DNA of 47,226 nt from a virus (Duplodnaviria; Heunggongvirae; Uroviricota; Caudoviricetes), in the IMG/VR virus record IMGVR_UViG_2737471818_000007, one strand, 5' to 3'. Under the pieces are notes generated by a model, which worked only from the letters and a program-made list of their open reading frames with translations, was not told where the DNA came from and did not search any database. The position numbers and the translations under genes are program-made. Of the stretch, positions 1-12,400 are shown piece after piece. How positions within the stretch are numbered: position 1 is the first letter of the stretch; every line of letters begins with the position of its first letter.

Positions 1-582
1 TTACTCTGCAGGTGAAGTCGGCCACTCAATATCAGGTGCAGTTGATGTATCAACACGGTTCAGCAATACCCGATACTTCTTCCAGGCTTCCAGCAACGAG
101 GTTTCTTCCTCCGTTGCAATTTCCAGATCTGCAGCATCCTGAAGTGGCGCAATATGCTCACTGGCTACCTGCATCAGGCTTTTTTTTGTTTCTTCCGCCT
201 CCCGGATCCGGAACAGTTTTTCTGCTTCCGTATCCTTCACCCAGGCTGTGCCGTTCCACTTCTGATATTCCCCTCCCGGCGATAACCAGGTAAAATTTTC
301 CGGTAACGGACCGAGTTCAGAAATAAATAACGCGTCGCCGGAAGCCACGTCATAGACGGTTTTACCCCGATGGTCTTCAACGAGATGCCACGATGCCTCA
401 TCACTGTTGAAAACAGCCACAAAGCCAGCCGGAATATCTGGCGGTGCAATATCGGTACTGTTTGCAGGCAGACCGGTATGAGGCGGAATATATGCGTCAC
501 CTTCACCAATAAATTCATTAGTTCCGGCCAGCAGATTATAAATTTTTATGGTCCGTGGTTGTTCACTCATTCTGAATGCCAT
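1..582 (-). CDS. tfa: tail fibre assembly protein (Tfa-like)
   Basis: 193-aa ORF with stop at 1-3; its ATG (580-582) overlaps the stf stop (TAATG); resembles lambda Tfa (recalled, not searched). Confidence 0.85.
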   Translation of the reverse strand: MAFRMSEQPRTIKIYNLLAGTNEFIGEGDAYIPPHTGLPANSTDIAPPDIPAGFVAVFNSDEASWHLVEDHRGKTVYDVASGDALFISELGPLPENFTWLSPGGEYQKWNGTAWVKDTEAEKLFRIREAEETKKSLMQVASEHIAPLQDAADLEIATEEETSLLEAWKKYRVLLNRVDTSTAPDIEWPTSPAE

Positions 583-2906
583 TATGCAAGCCTCACAATA
601 TAGTTAAATGCAATGTTTTTGACGGTGTTTTCCGCGTTACCCGCAGCGTTAACGGTGATGGTGTGTCCGTGTGAACCAATACTGAAAGAATGGGCATGAG
701 CACCGATAACAACCGGATGCTGGTGCGCACCAATACCAACTGTATGCGCATGTGCACCGGCACTCACGGCTGTACCGGACAATGAGTGACTGTGGCTGCC
801 CTGACTGTCCGTTTTCGATAAATAAGCAATACCCTGTGTGTTGGTTCCTTTAACTGTGGATAAACTTCCTGTAATGGTTGCTGTTCCATACTGACTCCAG
901 CCAGAACTGTTCATCCTTAAACCACTTGTGTGGGCATGAGCACCCGCGGCCCCTGTTGAACCGCTCAGACTGTGAGCATGAGCCCCCGTGTTATTCGTCG
1001 ATTTGGTGCCGTAATCGAAACTGCCTGTTGTTTTCGTCCCGTAATCAAACGACGATGTGGTTTTCGTCCCCAAATCCGTACCGGATGCACTGGCACTGTG
1101 GGTGTGCGACTTAATTCCATCCTGTTCCTGAGACAATACAGCACGACCGCTGGCGGGTTTCCCCTTGATTGTCCAGCCTCGCATATCAGGAAGCACACCC
1201 GATGGATACGCGACAGCAAGTTTTGGGTAGGCTGATTTGTCAAACGCCTGCCCCTGCATCAGGACGTAGCCAGACGGAACGATATCTGATGGCCACGGGA
1301 TCGGCGCACCTGCCGGAAAGGCCGAATTCTCTCCGGCCCCAAGGTATTCAAGAACATCTGCAACGGAATTTTTTGCCAGAATATCCCTGCCAACCTGAGT
1401 CAGTTCAGTCAGGCTGGCGGCATCATTTTCCGCAAAATACGGTAATTTATTTTTCGCCGTGGAAAGCCCTGCCAGCGCCGTCAGTGTCGCATTCTTCGGT
1501 TGTTTACCCGCAAGCGCGTTAGTCATGGTGGTAGCAAAATCTGGATCATTCCCGAGCGCTGCGGCCAGTTCATTCAGCGTATTCAGTGCGTCAGGTGACG
1601 CGTCGATAACATCTGCAATCGCGGCCAGTACAAAAGCGGTGTTCGCAATCTGGGTATTGTTTGTTCCCCTGAGCGCGGTTGGTGCTGTTGGCGTTCCGGT
1701 CAGTGCCGGACTGTCCAGTGGGGCTTTTCTGTTCGTTTCATCCATTACCACCTTAACCGCCTTTGGCGTTGCAGCAAGCGTTTCAGACGTGCTGTTGGTT
1801 GCACTGCTGAGCTGCACTATCCCCTTTCTCGTTGTGTCCGCATCCTCAAGCGCGACAGCTGAAGCTATATCTTCTGCACGTTTTGCCGAATTTTCTGCAC
1901 GTATTGCCGCCGCTTCTGCCGCACTTTTGCTCTGCGATGCTGATACCGCACTTCCCGCAGCCTCTGTCGCCTTCGTGGATGCCGTTGACGCACTCCCCGC
2001 CGCCGCTGTTTTTGCGTCTGCCGCGGCAGAGGCGCTCCGTTCCGCTGCTGTTTCAGATGACCTGGCATTCGTCTCGGACGTTTTTGCCGCCCTGGCAGAA
2101 TTTTCTGCCGCCGTTGCCGAGGAAGCTGCACGACCGGCACTTGATGATGCGTTCGTTTCTGATGATTTTGCTGCCTCTTTTGAGGCCACCGCATCTCGTG
2201 CTGAAGTGGCGGCCTCTGACGCTTTCGTGGCCGCGGTGGAGGCAGACGTGGCGGCTGATTGTTGTGACGCTGCAGCATTCGTTTCTGACGTTTTCGCCGC
2301 ACCGGCACTGGTGGCCGCCGCGTTTTTTGAGGACTCTGCGGCTGCGGCACTTTTTTCCGCTTCAGTGGCCTTTGCTGATGCCGCTTCTGCGCCGGAGGAC
2401 GCTTCCTGAGCTGACGATGCAGCCTGTCCGGCGGACGTGCTGGCGGCGCGTGCTGAGTCAGTTGCATCAGTCACAAGGGCCGCGACCTGAGCAGCTGATG
2501 CACTGGCATCGCCGGCTGATTTCTTCGCGTCTGCCGTACTCTGTGCCACCACGGACGCGTTACGCGCCACCTCTTCCACCATCAGTTCAAGACGACGCAG
2601 CACCTCCGGCCGGGCATCATCCTCCGTCATGGCACAGAGAAAATCATTCAGCGTCCCCGGTTGTGAATCTTCATACACGGTGATGGTCCCGGCGTGCGAT
2701 GGTGGAAAACCGTCAACCTGCAGGATGACACTGTACTGACCGTACTCCACATCCATGCTGTAACGCCCGGCTTCATCCGGATTCTCTGAGCCCACCGTGT
2801 TCACCACCACCGTGGTGCTGTTACGTCTGGCTTTCAGCTGAATGGTGCAGTTCTGTACCGGTTTTCCTGTGCCGTCTTTCAGGACTCCTGAAATCTTTAC
2901 TGCCAT
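582..2906 (-). CDS. stf: side tail fibre protein (Stf-like)
   Basis: Track ORF 582..2912 begins at GTG; first ATG at 2906 gives [26 protein letters not shown] as in lambda Stf; long Ala/Ser-rich middle and His-rich GAHAH repeats near the C-terminus. Confidence 0.85.
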   Translation of the reverse strand: MAVKISGVLKDGTGKPVQNCTIQLKARRNSTTVVVNTVGSENPDEAGRYSMDVEYGQYSVILQVDGFPPSHAGTITVYEDSQPGTLNDFLCAMTEDDARPEVLRRLELMVEEVARNASVVAQSTADAKKSAGDASASAAQVAALVTDATDSARAASTSAGQAASSAQEASSGAEAASAKATEAEKSAAAAESSKNAAATSAGAAKTSETNAAASQQSAATSASTAATKASEAATSARDAVASKEAAKSSETNASSSAGRAASSATAAENSARAAKTSETNARSSETAAERSASAAADAKTAAAGSASTASTKATEAAGSAVSASQSKSAAEAAAIRAENSAKRAEDIASAVALEDADTTRKGIVQLSSATNSTSETLAATPKAVKVVMDETNRKAPLDSPALTGTPTAPTALRGTNNTQIANTAFVLAAIADVIDASPDALNTLNELAAALGNDPDFATTMTNALAGKQPKNATLTALAGLSTAKNKLPYFAENDAASLTELTQVGRDILAKNSVADVLEYLGAGENSAFPAGAPIPWPSDIVPSGYVLMQGQAFDKSAYPKLAVAYPSGVLPDMRGWTIKGKPASGRAVLSQEQDGIKSHTHSASASGTDLGTKTTSSFDYGTKTTGSFDYGTKSTNNTGAHAHSLSGSTGAAGAHAHTSGLRMNSSGWSQYGTATITGSLSTVKGTNTQGIAYLSKTDSQGSHSHSLSGTAVSAGAHAHTVGIGAHQHPVVIGAHAHSFSIGSHGHTITVNAAGNAENTVKNIAFNYIVRLA

Positions 2907-2970
2907 ATTCACCCCACAAAAAAGCCCACCGGTTCCGGCGGGCTGTCATAACACTGTGTTACCAGGCTAA

Positions 2971-3591
2971 TCAGAATTTATAACCGACCCCAACGATGAA
3001 TCCGTCAGTACGCCAGTCGCCACTGCCGGAGCCTTCATAAGCAATATCAACAACGACGGACGCTGCCGGATTAATCTGTATACCTGCACTCCACGCCACT
3101 GAGGTATGCCGCATTGCACTTTCGTCCCTGGCGGTGGTCGTCTCTTTCATATACCCGGGAGTGATTTCCGTCTTACGGTAATCCCTTGTACTGCCGGACC
3201 ACCGACTGTGAGCCACTCCGGCCATGGCGTACGCACTGACCTGCTTACTGATTTGTAAAACCGGTCCGGCCATCACGCTCACATAACGTCCACGCAGGCT
3301 CTCATAGTGAAACGTATCCTCCCCGGTCATCACTGTGCTGCTCTTTTTCGACGCGGCGAACCCCAGGGAAGCCATCACCCCCACACTGTCCGTCAGCTCA
3401 TAACGGTACTTCACGTTAATCCCTTTCAGATGACTCACACCGGTATCCCCGCCCGACAACGACGGCAATGTACCCGGTTTCACCTGAAAATAGCCCACCG
3501 TAAACGTACCATGTCCACCTTCCGCACGGGCCGGAGTGACTGTCACCGCAAGTGCGGCAAAGACAGCAACGGCAATACACACATTACGCAT
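2971..3591 (-). CDS. lom: Lom outer-membrane protein (Ail/Lom family)
   Basis: 206-aa ORF with signal peptide (MRNVCIAVAVFAALAVTVTPARA) and C-terminal GYKF typical of 8-strand beta-barrel Ail/Lom; lambda position between J and stf. Confidence 0.9.
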   Translation of the reverse strand: MRNVCIAVAVFAALAVTVTPARAEGGHGTFTVGYFQVKPGTLPSLSGGDTGVSHLKGINVKYRYELTDSVGVMASLGFAASKKSSTVMTGEDTFHYESLRGRYVSVMAGPVLQISKQVSAYAMAGVAHSRWSGSTRDYRKTEITPGYMKETTTARDESAMRHTSVAWSAGIQINPAASVVVDIAYEGSGSGDWRTDGFIVGVGYKF

Positions 3592-3652
3592 CGTTCACCT
3601 CTCACTGTTTTATAATAAAACGCCCGTTCCCGGACGAACCTCTGTAACACAC

Positions 3653-6600
3653 TCAGACCACGCTGATGCCCAGCGCCTGTTTCTTAATCACCATAACCTG
3701 CACATCGCTGGCAAACGTATCCGGCGGAATATCTGCCGAATGCCGTGTGGACGTAAGCGTGAACGTCAGGATCACGTTTCCCCGACCCGCTGGCATGTCA
3801 ACAATACGGGAGAACACCTGTACCGCCTCGTTCGCCGCGCCATCATAAATCACCGCACCGTTCATCAGTACTTTCAGATAACACATCGAATACGTTGTCC
3901 TGCCGCTGACAGTACGCTTACTTCCGCGAAACGTCAGCGGAAGCACCACTATCTGGCGATCAAAAGGATGGTCATCGGTCACGGTGACAGTACGGGTACC
4001 TGACGGCCAGTCCACACTGCTTTCACGCTGGCGCGGAAAAGCCGCGCTCGCCGCCTTTACAATGTCCCCGACGATTTTTTCCGCCCTCAGCGTACCGTTT
4101 ATCGTACAGTTTTCAGCTATCGTCACATTACTGAGCGTCCCGGAGTTCGCATTCACGTTACCGCTGATATCGGCATTTTTCGCCGTCAGCCGCCCATCCG
4201 GTGTCAGGGAAAATGCCGGAGGATTACCGCCGCTGGTAATGGTCGGAGCCGTCAGGCGTTTCAGGAACACGTCGTTCATGAATATCTGATCGCCCTGACC
4301 AACAAACATTGGTCTTGTGTTGCCATTAGACGGATCAATAAACGCGATACGGTTAGCGGCAACCAGGAACTGGCTCAGTTTGCCTTCCTCCGTGTCCTCC
4401 ATGCTGAGGCCAATACCCGCGACATAATGTTTGCCGTCTTTGGTCTGCTCAATTTTGACGCCCCACATGGCATTCCACTTATCGTTGGCGTCCTTCCACT
4501 CTTTCGAAAACTCCTCCAGTCTGCTGGCGTTATCCTCCGTCAGCTCGACTTTTTCCAGCAGCTCCTTGCCGAGATGGGATTCGGTTATCTGGCCTTTGAA
4601 AAAATCCAGGTAACCTTCCGCATCATCGCTCGCCCGACCGACGGCCTCCACGAATGCCGATTTGCCAACGGTGTTCACACTGCGGATATAAAAGTAATAA
4701 TCATGGCCCGGTTTGATATTGATACTGGCGGCTATCCAGTACAGCCCCGTGCCAAGGTAGCGGGCTGTGGTTTCAACCTGCCTGATATCGGTAATCCGCG
4801 TTTCGGAGAACCAGAACTCAAACTGTACCGTCGGATCGTAAACCGCAAGATGCGGCGTGGCGGTTATCTGAAAATAGCCCGGCATCAGCTCAATCCGAGA
4901 CGGCGCTGCCGGTGCGGCAATCCGGAACGATACCGATGCCGGATCGCCCTGCTGTCCCCACGCATTTACCGCCCGGACTGTCAGCCTGTAGTTCCCCAGC
5001 GCCAGTTGCCTGAAGCGGTATGTGGTTTCCGTCGTCCGGGCCGTGCTGACCAGCCGCTCACTGCCGTCGTCCGCTGTTACGGTCAGGCGAAGCAGGAAGC
5101 TCACCCCCTTCACCACCTTCGGTGTGTCCCAGCGCGCCAGCACCTGATATTCCCCGCTGTCTGCGGTGACTTCTGCGGTCAGGTGCTGCACCGCTGGCGG
5201 CGTGACACCATTTACCGTGCCGCTCTGGTCGCCGTCAAAGTGCGCCCCGTTATCCACGATGGCCTCTTTTTCCGGTACATGCTGCACGGCGGTGATGGCA
5301 TACGTGCCGTCGTCGTTCTCACGGATACTCACGCAGCGGAACAGGCGCTGGCGCAACGTCGGCAGCTTCAGCCCCCATACGCTGTATTCAGCAACGCCGT
5401 CAGGAACACGGCTCACTTTCACCTTCACGCCGTCGGTGACGGACTGAACCTCCACGCTGACCGGACTCCCCTGCCCGTCAACCAGGCTTATCAGCGTGGT
5501 GCCGGAAGATGGCAGCGTGATTTCACGGTCGAGCGTCAGCGTCCGGGTCTGGCTGTTTACCGCCAGCACGCGCCCGCCGGTGCGGATACCGGCATAGTCA
5601 TCATCGCAGATTTCAATGACATCGCCCGGTACATGGCGAAGCCCTTCGGCACCCACGCTGAAGTCCACGGTCTGCGTTTCCAGCAGTTCTGTTTTAATCA
5701 GCCACAGCCCGGCGCGGTGTGCCTGCCCCCGGCTGGTACAGCCAAAGGCATCCATCTTCGTAACATTACGACCGTAACGGGCAATGGCCTGCGTATCTTC
5801 AACAAGCTCTGTCGCCGTCTCCCAGCCGTTATTCGGGTCAATCCAGTTCACCTCAACGGCATTATGGCGGTCCTTCAGGGCGCTGAAGCTGTAGCGGAAC
5901 GGCGCGCCATCATCCGGCATCACCACATTACTGCGGTTATAGGTCCACGCCTTATCCGACGGTCGGTCCTGCACGAACGTCAGCGTCTGCCCGTTCCATA
6001 CCGGCATACAGCGCATCGCCGAGCAGAAATCGCTGAGCACATCCCACGCCTTACGCTGTGTGGTCAGGTACGCATTACAGGTGATGCGCGGCTCCGTGCC
6101 GCCAAAGCCGTCCGGCACTGACTGGTCGCAGTACTGGCCGATGACATACAGCGCCCATTTATCCACATCCGCCGCACCAAGACGTTTCCCCATGCCGTAG
6201 CGCGGATGGGTCAGCATATCCCACAGACACCAGGCCATGTTATTGCTGTATGCTGGTTTAAACGTTCCGTCCCAGATACCGCTGTATTGCCGCGTCTGCG
6301 GGTTATAGTTCGACGGCACCTGCAGAATGCGCCCGCGAAGATGATAATTACGACTCACCTGCTGGCTGCCGAACTGCTCCGAGTCCACCTGTACACCGAC
6401 CAGTGCCGTGTTCGGGTAGCCCTGTTTCACATCGATGATTTCGGTGTATGACGACCAGAGCGTTTTGTTCTGCAGCTGGTCTGTAGTGCTGTCCGGCGTC
6501 ATTCTGCGCATCCGGATATTAAACGGGCGCGGCGGCAGGTTACCCACCACCACCGAGGCCAGATACTGCGAGGTGGTTTTGCCCTTAATGGTGATGTCTT

Positions 6601-7051
6601 TTTCCGTCACCCAGCCACCATTACGCTGTATCTGAACCAGCAGACGGACTTCCGACGGATTCCTGTCACCCTTTGAGGTGGTTTCCACCAGTGCCTGCAC
6701 ACCGAAGGTAAAGCGCAGACGGTCGATGTTTGCAGACGTGATGGTCCGGGTAATCGGCGTGTCGTACTTCACTTCCGTACCCAGCACCGTCTCGGAGCCG
6801 GAGGATTCAAATCCCTCCGGCGGTGTCTGCTCCTGCTCACCTGCCCGGAACACCACCGTGACGCCGGATATATTGGTATTCCCCTCACTGTCCAGCACCG
6901 GCGTACTGTTCAGCAGCACGCTTTTTAATCCATCCACCGGACCTTCAATCGGCCCTTCACTGATCGCATCAATCACGCTCAGTAACTGCGTGGATTTCAG
7001 GTTATCTTTCGCTTCGCGAGGAGTGTGCCCCTTGCTGCCACCTTTACCCAT
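3653..7051 (-). CDS. J: host specificity protein J (central tail fibre)
   Basis: 1132-aa ORF, ATG at 7049-7051; sequence is collinear with lambda gpJ throughout (recalled). Confidence 0.95.
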   Translation of the reverse strand: MGKGGSKGHTPREAKDNLKSTQLLSVIDAISEGPIEGPVDGLKSVLLNSTPVLDSEGNTNISGVTVVFRAGEQEQTPPEGFESSGSETVLGTEVKYDTPITRTITSANIDRLRFTFGVQALVETTSKGDRNPSEVRLLVQIQRNGGWVTEKDITIKGKTTSQYLASVVVGNLPPRPFNIRMRRMTPDSTTDQLQNKTLWSSYTEIIDVKQGYPNTALVGVQVDSEQFGSQQVSRNYHLRGRILQVPSNYNPQTRQYSGIWDGTFKPAYSNNMAWCLWDMLTHPRYGMGKRLGAADVDKWALYVIGQYCDQSVPDGFGGTEPRITCNAYLTTQRKAWDVLSDFCSAMRCMPVWNGQTLTFVQDRPSDKAWTYNRSNVVMPDDGAPFRYSFSALKDRHNAVEVNWIDPNNGWETATELVEDTQAIARYGRNVTKMDAFGCTSRGQAHRAGLWLIKTELLETQTVDFSVGAEGLRHVPGDVIEICDDDYAGIRTGGRVLAVNSQTRTLTLDREITLPSSGTTLISLVDGQGSPVSVEVQSVTDGVKVKVSRVPDGVAEYSVWGLKLPTLRQRLFRCVSIRENDDGTYAITAVQHVPEKEAIVDNGAHFDGDQSGTVNGVTPPAVQHLTAEVTADSGEYQVLARWDTPKVVKGVSFLLRLTVTADDGSERLVSTARTTETTYRFRQLALGNYRLTVRAVNAWGQQGDPASVSFRIAAPAAPSRIELMPGYFQITATPHLAVYDPTVQFEFWFSETRITDIRQVETTARYLGTGLYWIAASINIKPGHDYYFYIRSVNTVGKSAFVEAVGRASDDAEGYLDFFKGQITESHLGKELLEKVELTEDNASRLEEFSKEWKDANDKWNAMWGVKIEQTKDGKHYVAGIGLSMEDTEEGKLSQFLVAANRIAFIDPSNGNTRPMFVGQGDQIFMNDVFLKRLTAPTITSGGNPPAFSLTPDGRLTAKNADISGNVNANSGTLSNVTIAENCTINGTLRAEKIVGDIVKAASAAFPRQRESSVDWPSGTRTVTVTDDHPFDRQIVVLPLTFRGSKRTVSGRTTYSMCYLKVLMNGAVIYDGAANEAVQVFSRIVDMPAGRGNVILTFTLTSTRHSADIPPDTFASDVQVMVIKKQALGISVV

Positions 7052-7111
7052 TTATCTGGCTCCATTAACAACAAAACCGCCCGCAGGCGGTTTCACATAA
7101 AACGTTTTACA

Positions 7112-7759
7112 TCAGCGACCAATCACCACAACCTGACCACCATCACCCTCATCAGCAGTACTGATACTCTGTGAAATCACACGCGACCCCACACGCATCT
7201 CACCATACAGTACCGGTAACGGATTCCCCTGGGCGATCATATTATCCAGCGAGGAAAAAAAGGTGTTCTGTTTGCCGTTATCCGCGGACTCCATGGACGG
7301 CGTTTTGATGGCCGGTGTCAGCATCTGCGCTATCCCGCCGAGGATCATACTGGCCCCGGCGGCATACATCCCCGTAAGTGCTGCCGCACCCAGCCAGCCC
7401 GCGGGATTCCACCAGGCTACCGCAACAACCACAGCCCCCAGGATGGTCTGAAAAATTCCGCCATGCTTTGCACCGGCAAGCCGGGGAACAATGTGGATCA
7501 CCGTACCGTCCGGTAACGGTTCATGGAGCTGTGCCGTTACTCCGGACTCGCTGACATCCCGCCCGGCGATACGTACCTGATACCAGCCGTCACTCAGTTT
7601 CTGACGAAACGACGGAAGTTGTGTGGCCAGCGCCCGGATGGCTTCAGCCCCCGTTTTCACACGAAGGTCGATGCGGCGACCAAATCGTTGCAAATCCCCG
7701 TAAAGGCAGAGGCGTGCCATGCCCGGTGCCGCCAGAGGGAGTGTGTGCGTCGCTGCCAT
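7112..7759 (-). CDS. I: tail assembly protein I
   Basis: 215-aa ORF resembling lambda gpI; its 5' end overlaps the 3' end of K by about 100 nt as in lambda. Confidence 0.9.
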   Translation of the reverse strand: MAATHTLPLAAPGMARLCLYGDLQRFGRRIDLRVKTGAEAIRALATQLPSFRQKLSDGWYQVRIAGRDVSESGVTAQLHEPLPDGTVIHIVPRLAGAKHGGIFQTILGAVVVAVAWWNPAGWLGAAALTGMYAAGASMILGGIAQMLTPAIKTPSMESADNGKQNTFFSSLDNMIAQGNPLPVLYGEMRVGSRVISQSISTADEGDGGQVVVIGR

Positions 7760-8400
7760 TTTTCTGTATACCTCTCTCGTTTACTCAGTTGTTCAGGAAT
7801 ATGGTGCAGCAGCTCGCCGTCACCACAGTAAATGGCGGCATGATTCGGCACCGATGAACCAAAGCAGCACAGCAGCACATCGCCCGGCTGCGCCGCTGAC
7901 AGGGTGACCGGGTAAAAGCCGGTATCTGCCATGTTGTCCAGGTAAAGATTCTGACCGTTACGCCACCAGTCATCCTCACGATGAAAATCCGGTATCTCAA
8001 TTCCTGCCAGATGATAAGCGTCCCGGAACAGCGTGTAACAGTCCGTCACCCCGTGATCAAAGCGCCTTCCGGTCAGATGTGGCACGCAGCGGAATTTATG
8101 GAGAGCCCCCCGACAGACCAGCCACCACGGCAAATCACTCTGTACCTGCAGCTGACGGTCGGCTTCACTCAGCCAGGGCAGACCACCGGGATGGCTGTGG
8201 ACCAGCGCCACCACCTCGCCCTGTATTTGTGCCCGCAGCCAGTCTTCCGGTACCATCCGGAAACACGCCTCCGGAGTACCGGAGATATTCACGCAGGGAA
8301 GATACCTTTCCCCCTCCGGCGTTCTCACCACGAAGCCGCACGACTCCGCTGGCGCACATCGCCGGGCGTGCGCCAGAATCACTGATTCAGTCTCTGTCAT
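7657..8400 (-). CDS. K: tail assembly protein K (MPN/JAB plus NlpC/P60-like)
   Basis: Track ORF 7657..8475 trimmed to the ATG giving MTETESVILAHARRCAPAESCGFVV (lambda gpK N-terminus), which lies just after the L stop. Confidence 0.85.
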   Translation of the reverse strand: MTETESVILAHARRCAPAESCGFVVRTPEGERYLPCVNISGTPEACFRMVPEDWLRAQIQGEVVALVHSHPGGLPWLSEADRQLQVQSDLPWWLVCRGALHKFRCVPHLTGRRFDHGVTDCYTLFRDAYHLAGIEIPDFHREDDWWRNGQNLYLDNMADTGFYPVTLSAAQPGDVLLCCFGSSVPNHAAIYCGDGELLHHIPEQLSKRERYTEKWQRRTHSLWRHRAWHASAFTGICNDLVAASTFV

Positions 8401-8404
8401 GGAT

Positions 8405-9103
8405 TTACTGCGAAAGTTTATTGATGGAAAGGAAACCGCCAAAGTTACCGACGTTATGACGTGACTTACAGCCACTCAGGCATTTACTGCATTTATCCTT
8501 CGTGATATCAGACGTCGGCTGGTCATATTCATCCGCGACAGCCGGACCGTGATAACCGCACTCATCACCGCGATAGGTCCAGGTACAGGTGTTGGCCAGC
8601 ATGGTACGTCCCGGGAAAACCGCACCGTCTGTCTCCGCTGGCGAGGCCAGAACAAACGTTGCCGTCACCGCCGTCAGATCGCTGCACTGTTCAATACGCC
8701 AGTAACTGATCACCTCCTGTTCCGGATCGGCTTCACTGTTTCCGTTAGTAAAATTCACCGCATCCAGAAAACGGGCGTAAACCTTACGCCGGATCACCGT
8801 TCCGCCAGCCAGACTCTGTAAATCCTCCACCATCCCGGTAACCATCCCGTACAGGTTGGACACCGTCAGGGTGGGGCGGGCGCTGCTTCCCTTGCCTTTC
8901 ATTTCAAACCCTGCTCCCTGAACAGGATACACCTCATATTTCCGGCCCTGCCAGGTGACGGCCTCCCCCTTCTCGTTAGGCTCATTACTGAAAAAATAAC
9001 GCTCCCCGCCAATCTCTGTCAGATCAATTTCCCAGAGTACCAGGCTGGCAGACTGCTCCGTACGGGTACATTCATTCAGTGTTTCCTGCCGGATATCCTG
9101 CAT
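8405..9103 (-). CDS. L: tail tip assembly protein L
   Basis: 232-aa ORF, near-collinear with lambda gpL (MQDIRQETLNECTR...GGFLSINKLSQ). Confidence 0.92.
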   Translation of the reverse strand: MQDIRQETLNECTRTEQSASLVLWEIDLTEIGGERYFFSNEPNEKGEAVTWQGRKYEVYPVQGAGFEMKGKGSSARPTLTVSNLYGMVTGMVEDLQSLAGGTVIRRKVYARFLDAVNFTNGNSEADPEQEVISYWRIEQCSDLTAVTATFVLASPAETDGAVFPGRTMLANTCTWTYRGDECGYHGPAVADEYDQPTSDITKDKCSKCLSGCKSRHNVGNFGGFLSINKLSQ

Positions 9104-9112
9104 CCGTCCTCC

Positions 9113-9445
9113 TCATACCACGACCTGTTCAAAATTTGCGGTTACCGTGACCCACAGCGCCCCCACACTGGACGACCATTTACGGCAGACCACCCGGACA
9201 GGTGTCCAGCCATAAGGCGGTGTCCACTGAAACGCCCTGACCCCACCGTGCCGGGCCAGAAACGCTTCCAGCGCCTGATGCTCCCCTTTACGGACACGGA
9301 TCGTGACACTGTACGTTGGCAACAGAGGATTCAGTCCCGCCGGACGACGCTGTTCATAACCATCACCCAGTTTAACTGTCACCACTTTGGGCTCTGAATC
9401 CACCTTCATATCCGGACGGACTTTCCAGCTAAATATCTCCATCAC
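9113..9445 (-). CDS. M: tail tip protein M
   Basis: 110-aa ORF resembling lambda gpM; ATGA overlap with the H stop. Confidence 0.88.
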   Translation of the reverse strand: MMEIFSWKVRPDMKVDSEPKVVTVKLGDGYEQRRPAGLNPLLPTYSVTIRVRKGEHQALEAFLARHGGVRAFQWTPPYGWTPVRVVCRKWSSSVGALWVTVTANFEQVVV

Positions 9446-12400
9446 CGGTATACTCCGCTTAACTGCCCGCCATCACGGGACTGTTGTTGCATAAAATCTT
9501 CTGCAGCCCTTTTCCCCAGGTTGTAAACCGCCTGCATGACTTCCGGCCCAATCTGTCCGTTCTGGCCATCATTATTGATCTCGATGTTGTACTGCGGCGC
9601 AAACATCACCATCCCCGAACCACAGGTCGCTGCCACAACACCCAGCTTACCGTCAGCCCCCCTGCGCAAGGGCAGGATAGCCTCAGGCCCCGCTTCACCC
9701 ATCACCCCCGCGCCTTTTGCAAAAGCAAAAAACGTCGGACGGTTAACCACCGTGCCACTGTAGCGACTCAAATCAGCAGACTGATAAACACCACCTTCTG
9801 CATTGGTTTTCACATCACCGAAATCAAACCCCATCACACTGCCAATCCCTTTGACAGCCTTCATCATGGTTGCCTGCGCCAGAATTTTTGCCATATCTGA
9901 CAGCACAGATGAGGTGAAAGATTTGAAATTGAGTTTGCCGGTGGTAACAAAAGTTGCCAGACCATTTCCCATACTACTGAAAGCAGACATAAACATCTGT
10001 TCTGCAGTCCCGGCAGCATTATCCGCGTCGGCAGTAAAATTCATGAACGCGCGTTTTGTACCGTTTCTCCACTCCCCCTGCGCAGCATCCATCTGTTGCC
10101 AGTAGCGGCGATTCTCATTCAGTTTCCGGTTCAGACTGTCTGTCAGCGTCTGTTCAGCCTTCCGGTATGCGTCAGAACCATACGAGCCTTTCTGCTTACT
10201 GTCCCGTTCAAGTTGCTCCAGCTGTTGCTGGTACTGCTGTCGTAGACGCAACTGCGACTGGTACCGCTGCCGTTGCTGATCGCCCATTCCTGCCATGGCA
10301 ACGTCCAGATCGTGTTGCTGACGCTGTGCGCGCTCTTCCTCAGCCAGTTGACTGGTCAGCTGAATGGTCTTTTTCTTCAGGTCATTGAGGGCAGTCTGCT
10401 TCTGCAGCTCCTGCTGTTTTGCATCCAGCAGCGTCAGTGCCTGAATCAGCTCATCCTTGTGAGCCAGTACACTTTTTTCATCTGCTGTCAGTTTTTTACC
10501 GGCTAAATCGCTGATACGCTGCTGAAGGGCCAGAAGCTGTTTATGCGCTTCTGTCATCCTTTCAGTAGCCATGCCCGCTGACTGTCTGGCGGCGGCAATC
10601 TGTCCCTCCACCTGCGCCTGTTGCTGGCTGTACTGCAGTAATAGCCGGGTGGCCTCATCATTACGGGTGGCAGGCGTTTTTTTCTTAATGGCTTTTTCGT
10701 AACGTTCATTTTCACGCTGTATCGCTGCGTCCCTGACCGCCTGATCGGCGTACTGCATGGCATTAATACGCGCAATTTCACGCTGATGTCGTGCTGCTTC
10801 CGTTTCGTTCATCCGGTTCAGCGCGGCATTTTCAGCATTCCGGCGTTTCTGCTGCTCCTGATAATTTCGCTCAGCCTGCTCTTTTGCATCCTGCAAATCC
10901 TGCTGGCGTTTTCGCTCTTGCAGCGCATCCAGTTGTTGCTGATCGTATTCCCCCGTGGTGGACGCCTTAGTCCACGGAAATTTCTTCGCCCGCTGAATTT
11001 TTTCCTGCAGCGACGCAATCTGCGCATCAAGGGAATCTTCCCGACCAATGTTCATGGCCGCATCCCAGAACTGCTTCCACCAGTCAGACAAGGTTTGCAG
11101 CGTACTGCCCAGCGCATTGAGGTTATTATCAATATCCGACGTACGTTTACCGGTTTCCTCTGCCAGTGCAGACATGGCTATCCGGGCTGCGTCACTGGTG
11201 CGCCCCTGCTCTCCGAGCACACGGATCTGTTCAAGCTGGGTGGCTGTCAGAAAATGCAGTTCATCATCCAGCGCCTTCGCAGCACTGACCGGATCATCCT
11301 TCAGCCGTTTAAACTGACTGATGGTGTCACTGACAGACTGCCCTACCGAGCGTTCCATCTGTGCGGCAGCTTTCGCCACCATACCAATATCGCTACCGTG
11401 AAATGCACCGCTCCCCACTACCTGCGCCAGTGACCCCGCCATGGCATGTTGCGTGATGCCATTACCGGAAAGATTTTTACTGAGCGCCCACAACTGCCCG
11501 GCTGTCACACCGGCATAGTGTCCGGTGAGCTCAAGCTGCCGGTTAAAGGCTTCGCCTTCTTCCTGCCCCTCCATCCAGGCTTTACCCAGACCAATAACCG
11601 CAGCAGTGATCCCTCCGATAACTCCCCCCACCGCCAGGCCTTTCGGAGTCATTAATTTATCAATCCAGCCGGCACGGTTAGCCAGGGTGATCCCGGAGCC
11701 ACGAAGCGCACCGAAATTACCTCGCGCCAGCTCACCAATCATGACCCCCAGCTCCCGACGGGCTGCCGCACTTTTCAGTCCCAGCGAATGTGTGGTGTTT
11801 CCGGCTTTCTCCATTTTACGGATGTACACCTCCGCGGCACTGCTGCACCCAAGTTGTGCCGCCTTTGCCCGAAGCAGTTCCGTCGTGGTCATTTTCTGGC
11901 GACTTGTCTGTTCTTTCAGCTGACGAATAAATGCGGTTTTCTGGCGGGTGGCCGTTTCCTCTGCCTGTGTCAGAACGCGGGTTTTCGCTGTCACCTCAGA
12001 AATCAGGGCCAGATAATCCTGCTGAGCAATCCCGCCACTGTTTCTGGCCTGTCGGATCTGCTGCTGAATACGCTGTAACTCCTGCAGCCCCGCACTGGCC
12101 TGTTTTACGCTGTCGATCTGACGATAAAATGCGGCAGCCATCTTATCCTGCGCCGCAGCCAGCGCAGCCGCCTGAACCTGCTCCTCCCGCATCTGACGAC
12201 TCAGGACCTCCATCCGCAGGCGCGCCCTTTCCACATCTTCCGCCAGCGAAACATGCCCCTGCGCATGCTTCACCACGGCCTGAGTCTGTATCACCGTCGC
12301 GCTGGCAGCCTGTTTCTGACTTTCCTCAAACCGTTTCATACGGGCTTCGGCCCGCTCCGCCTCCCTTGCTGTACCATTCAGCAGATTTTTTACACGCGGA

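Noticed and set aside
1459-2683. Several long plus- and minus-strand ORFs (316, 283 and 200 aa) inside stf
   Set aside because: Alternative-frame and antisense artefacts of the GC-rich Ala/Ser-repeat region of stf; the products are low-complexity Arg/Pro/Ala strings
4427-6121. 564-aa plus-strand ORF
   Set aside because: Lies entirely antisense to the J gene, which has unambiguous lambda homology; no recognisable protein features
10786-11433. 215-aa plus-strand ORF
   Set aside because: Antisense to the tape measure gene H; no support
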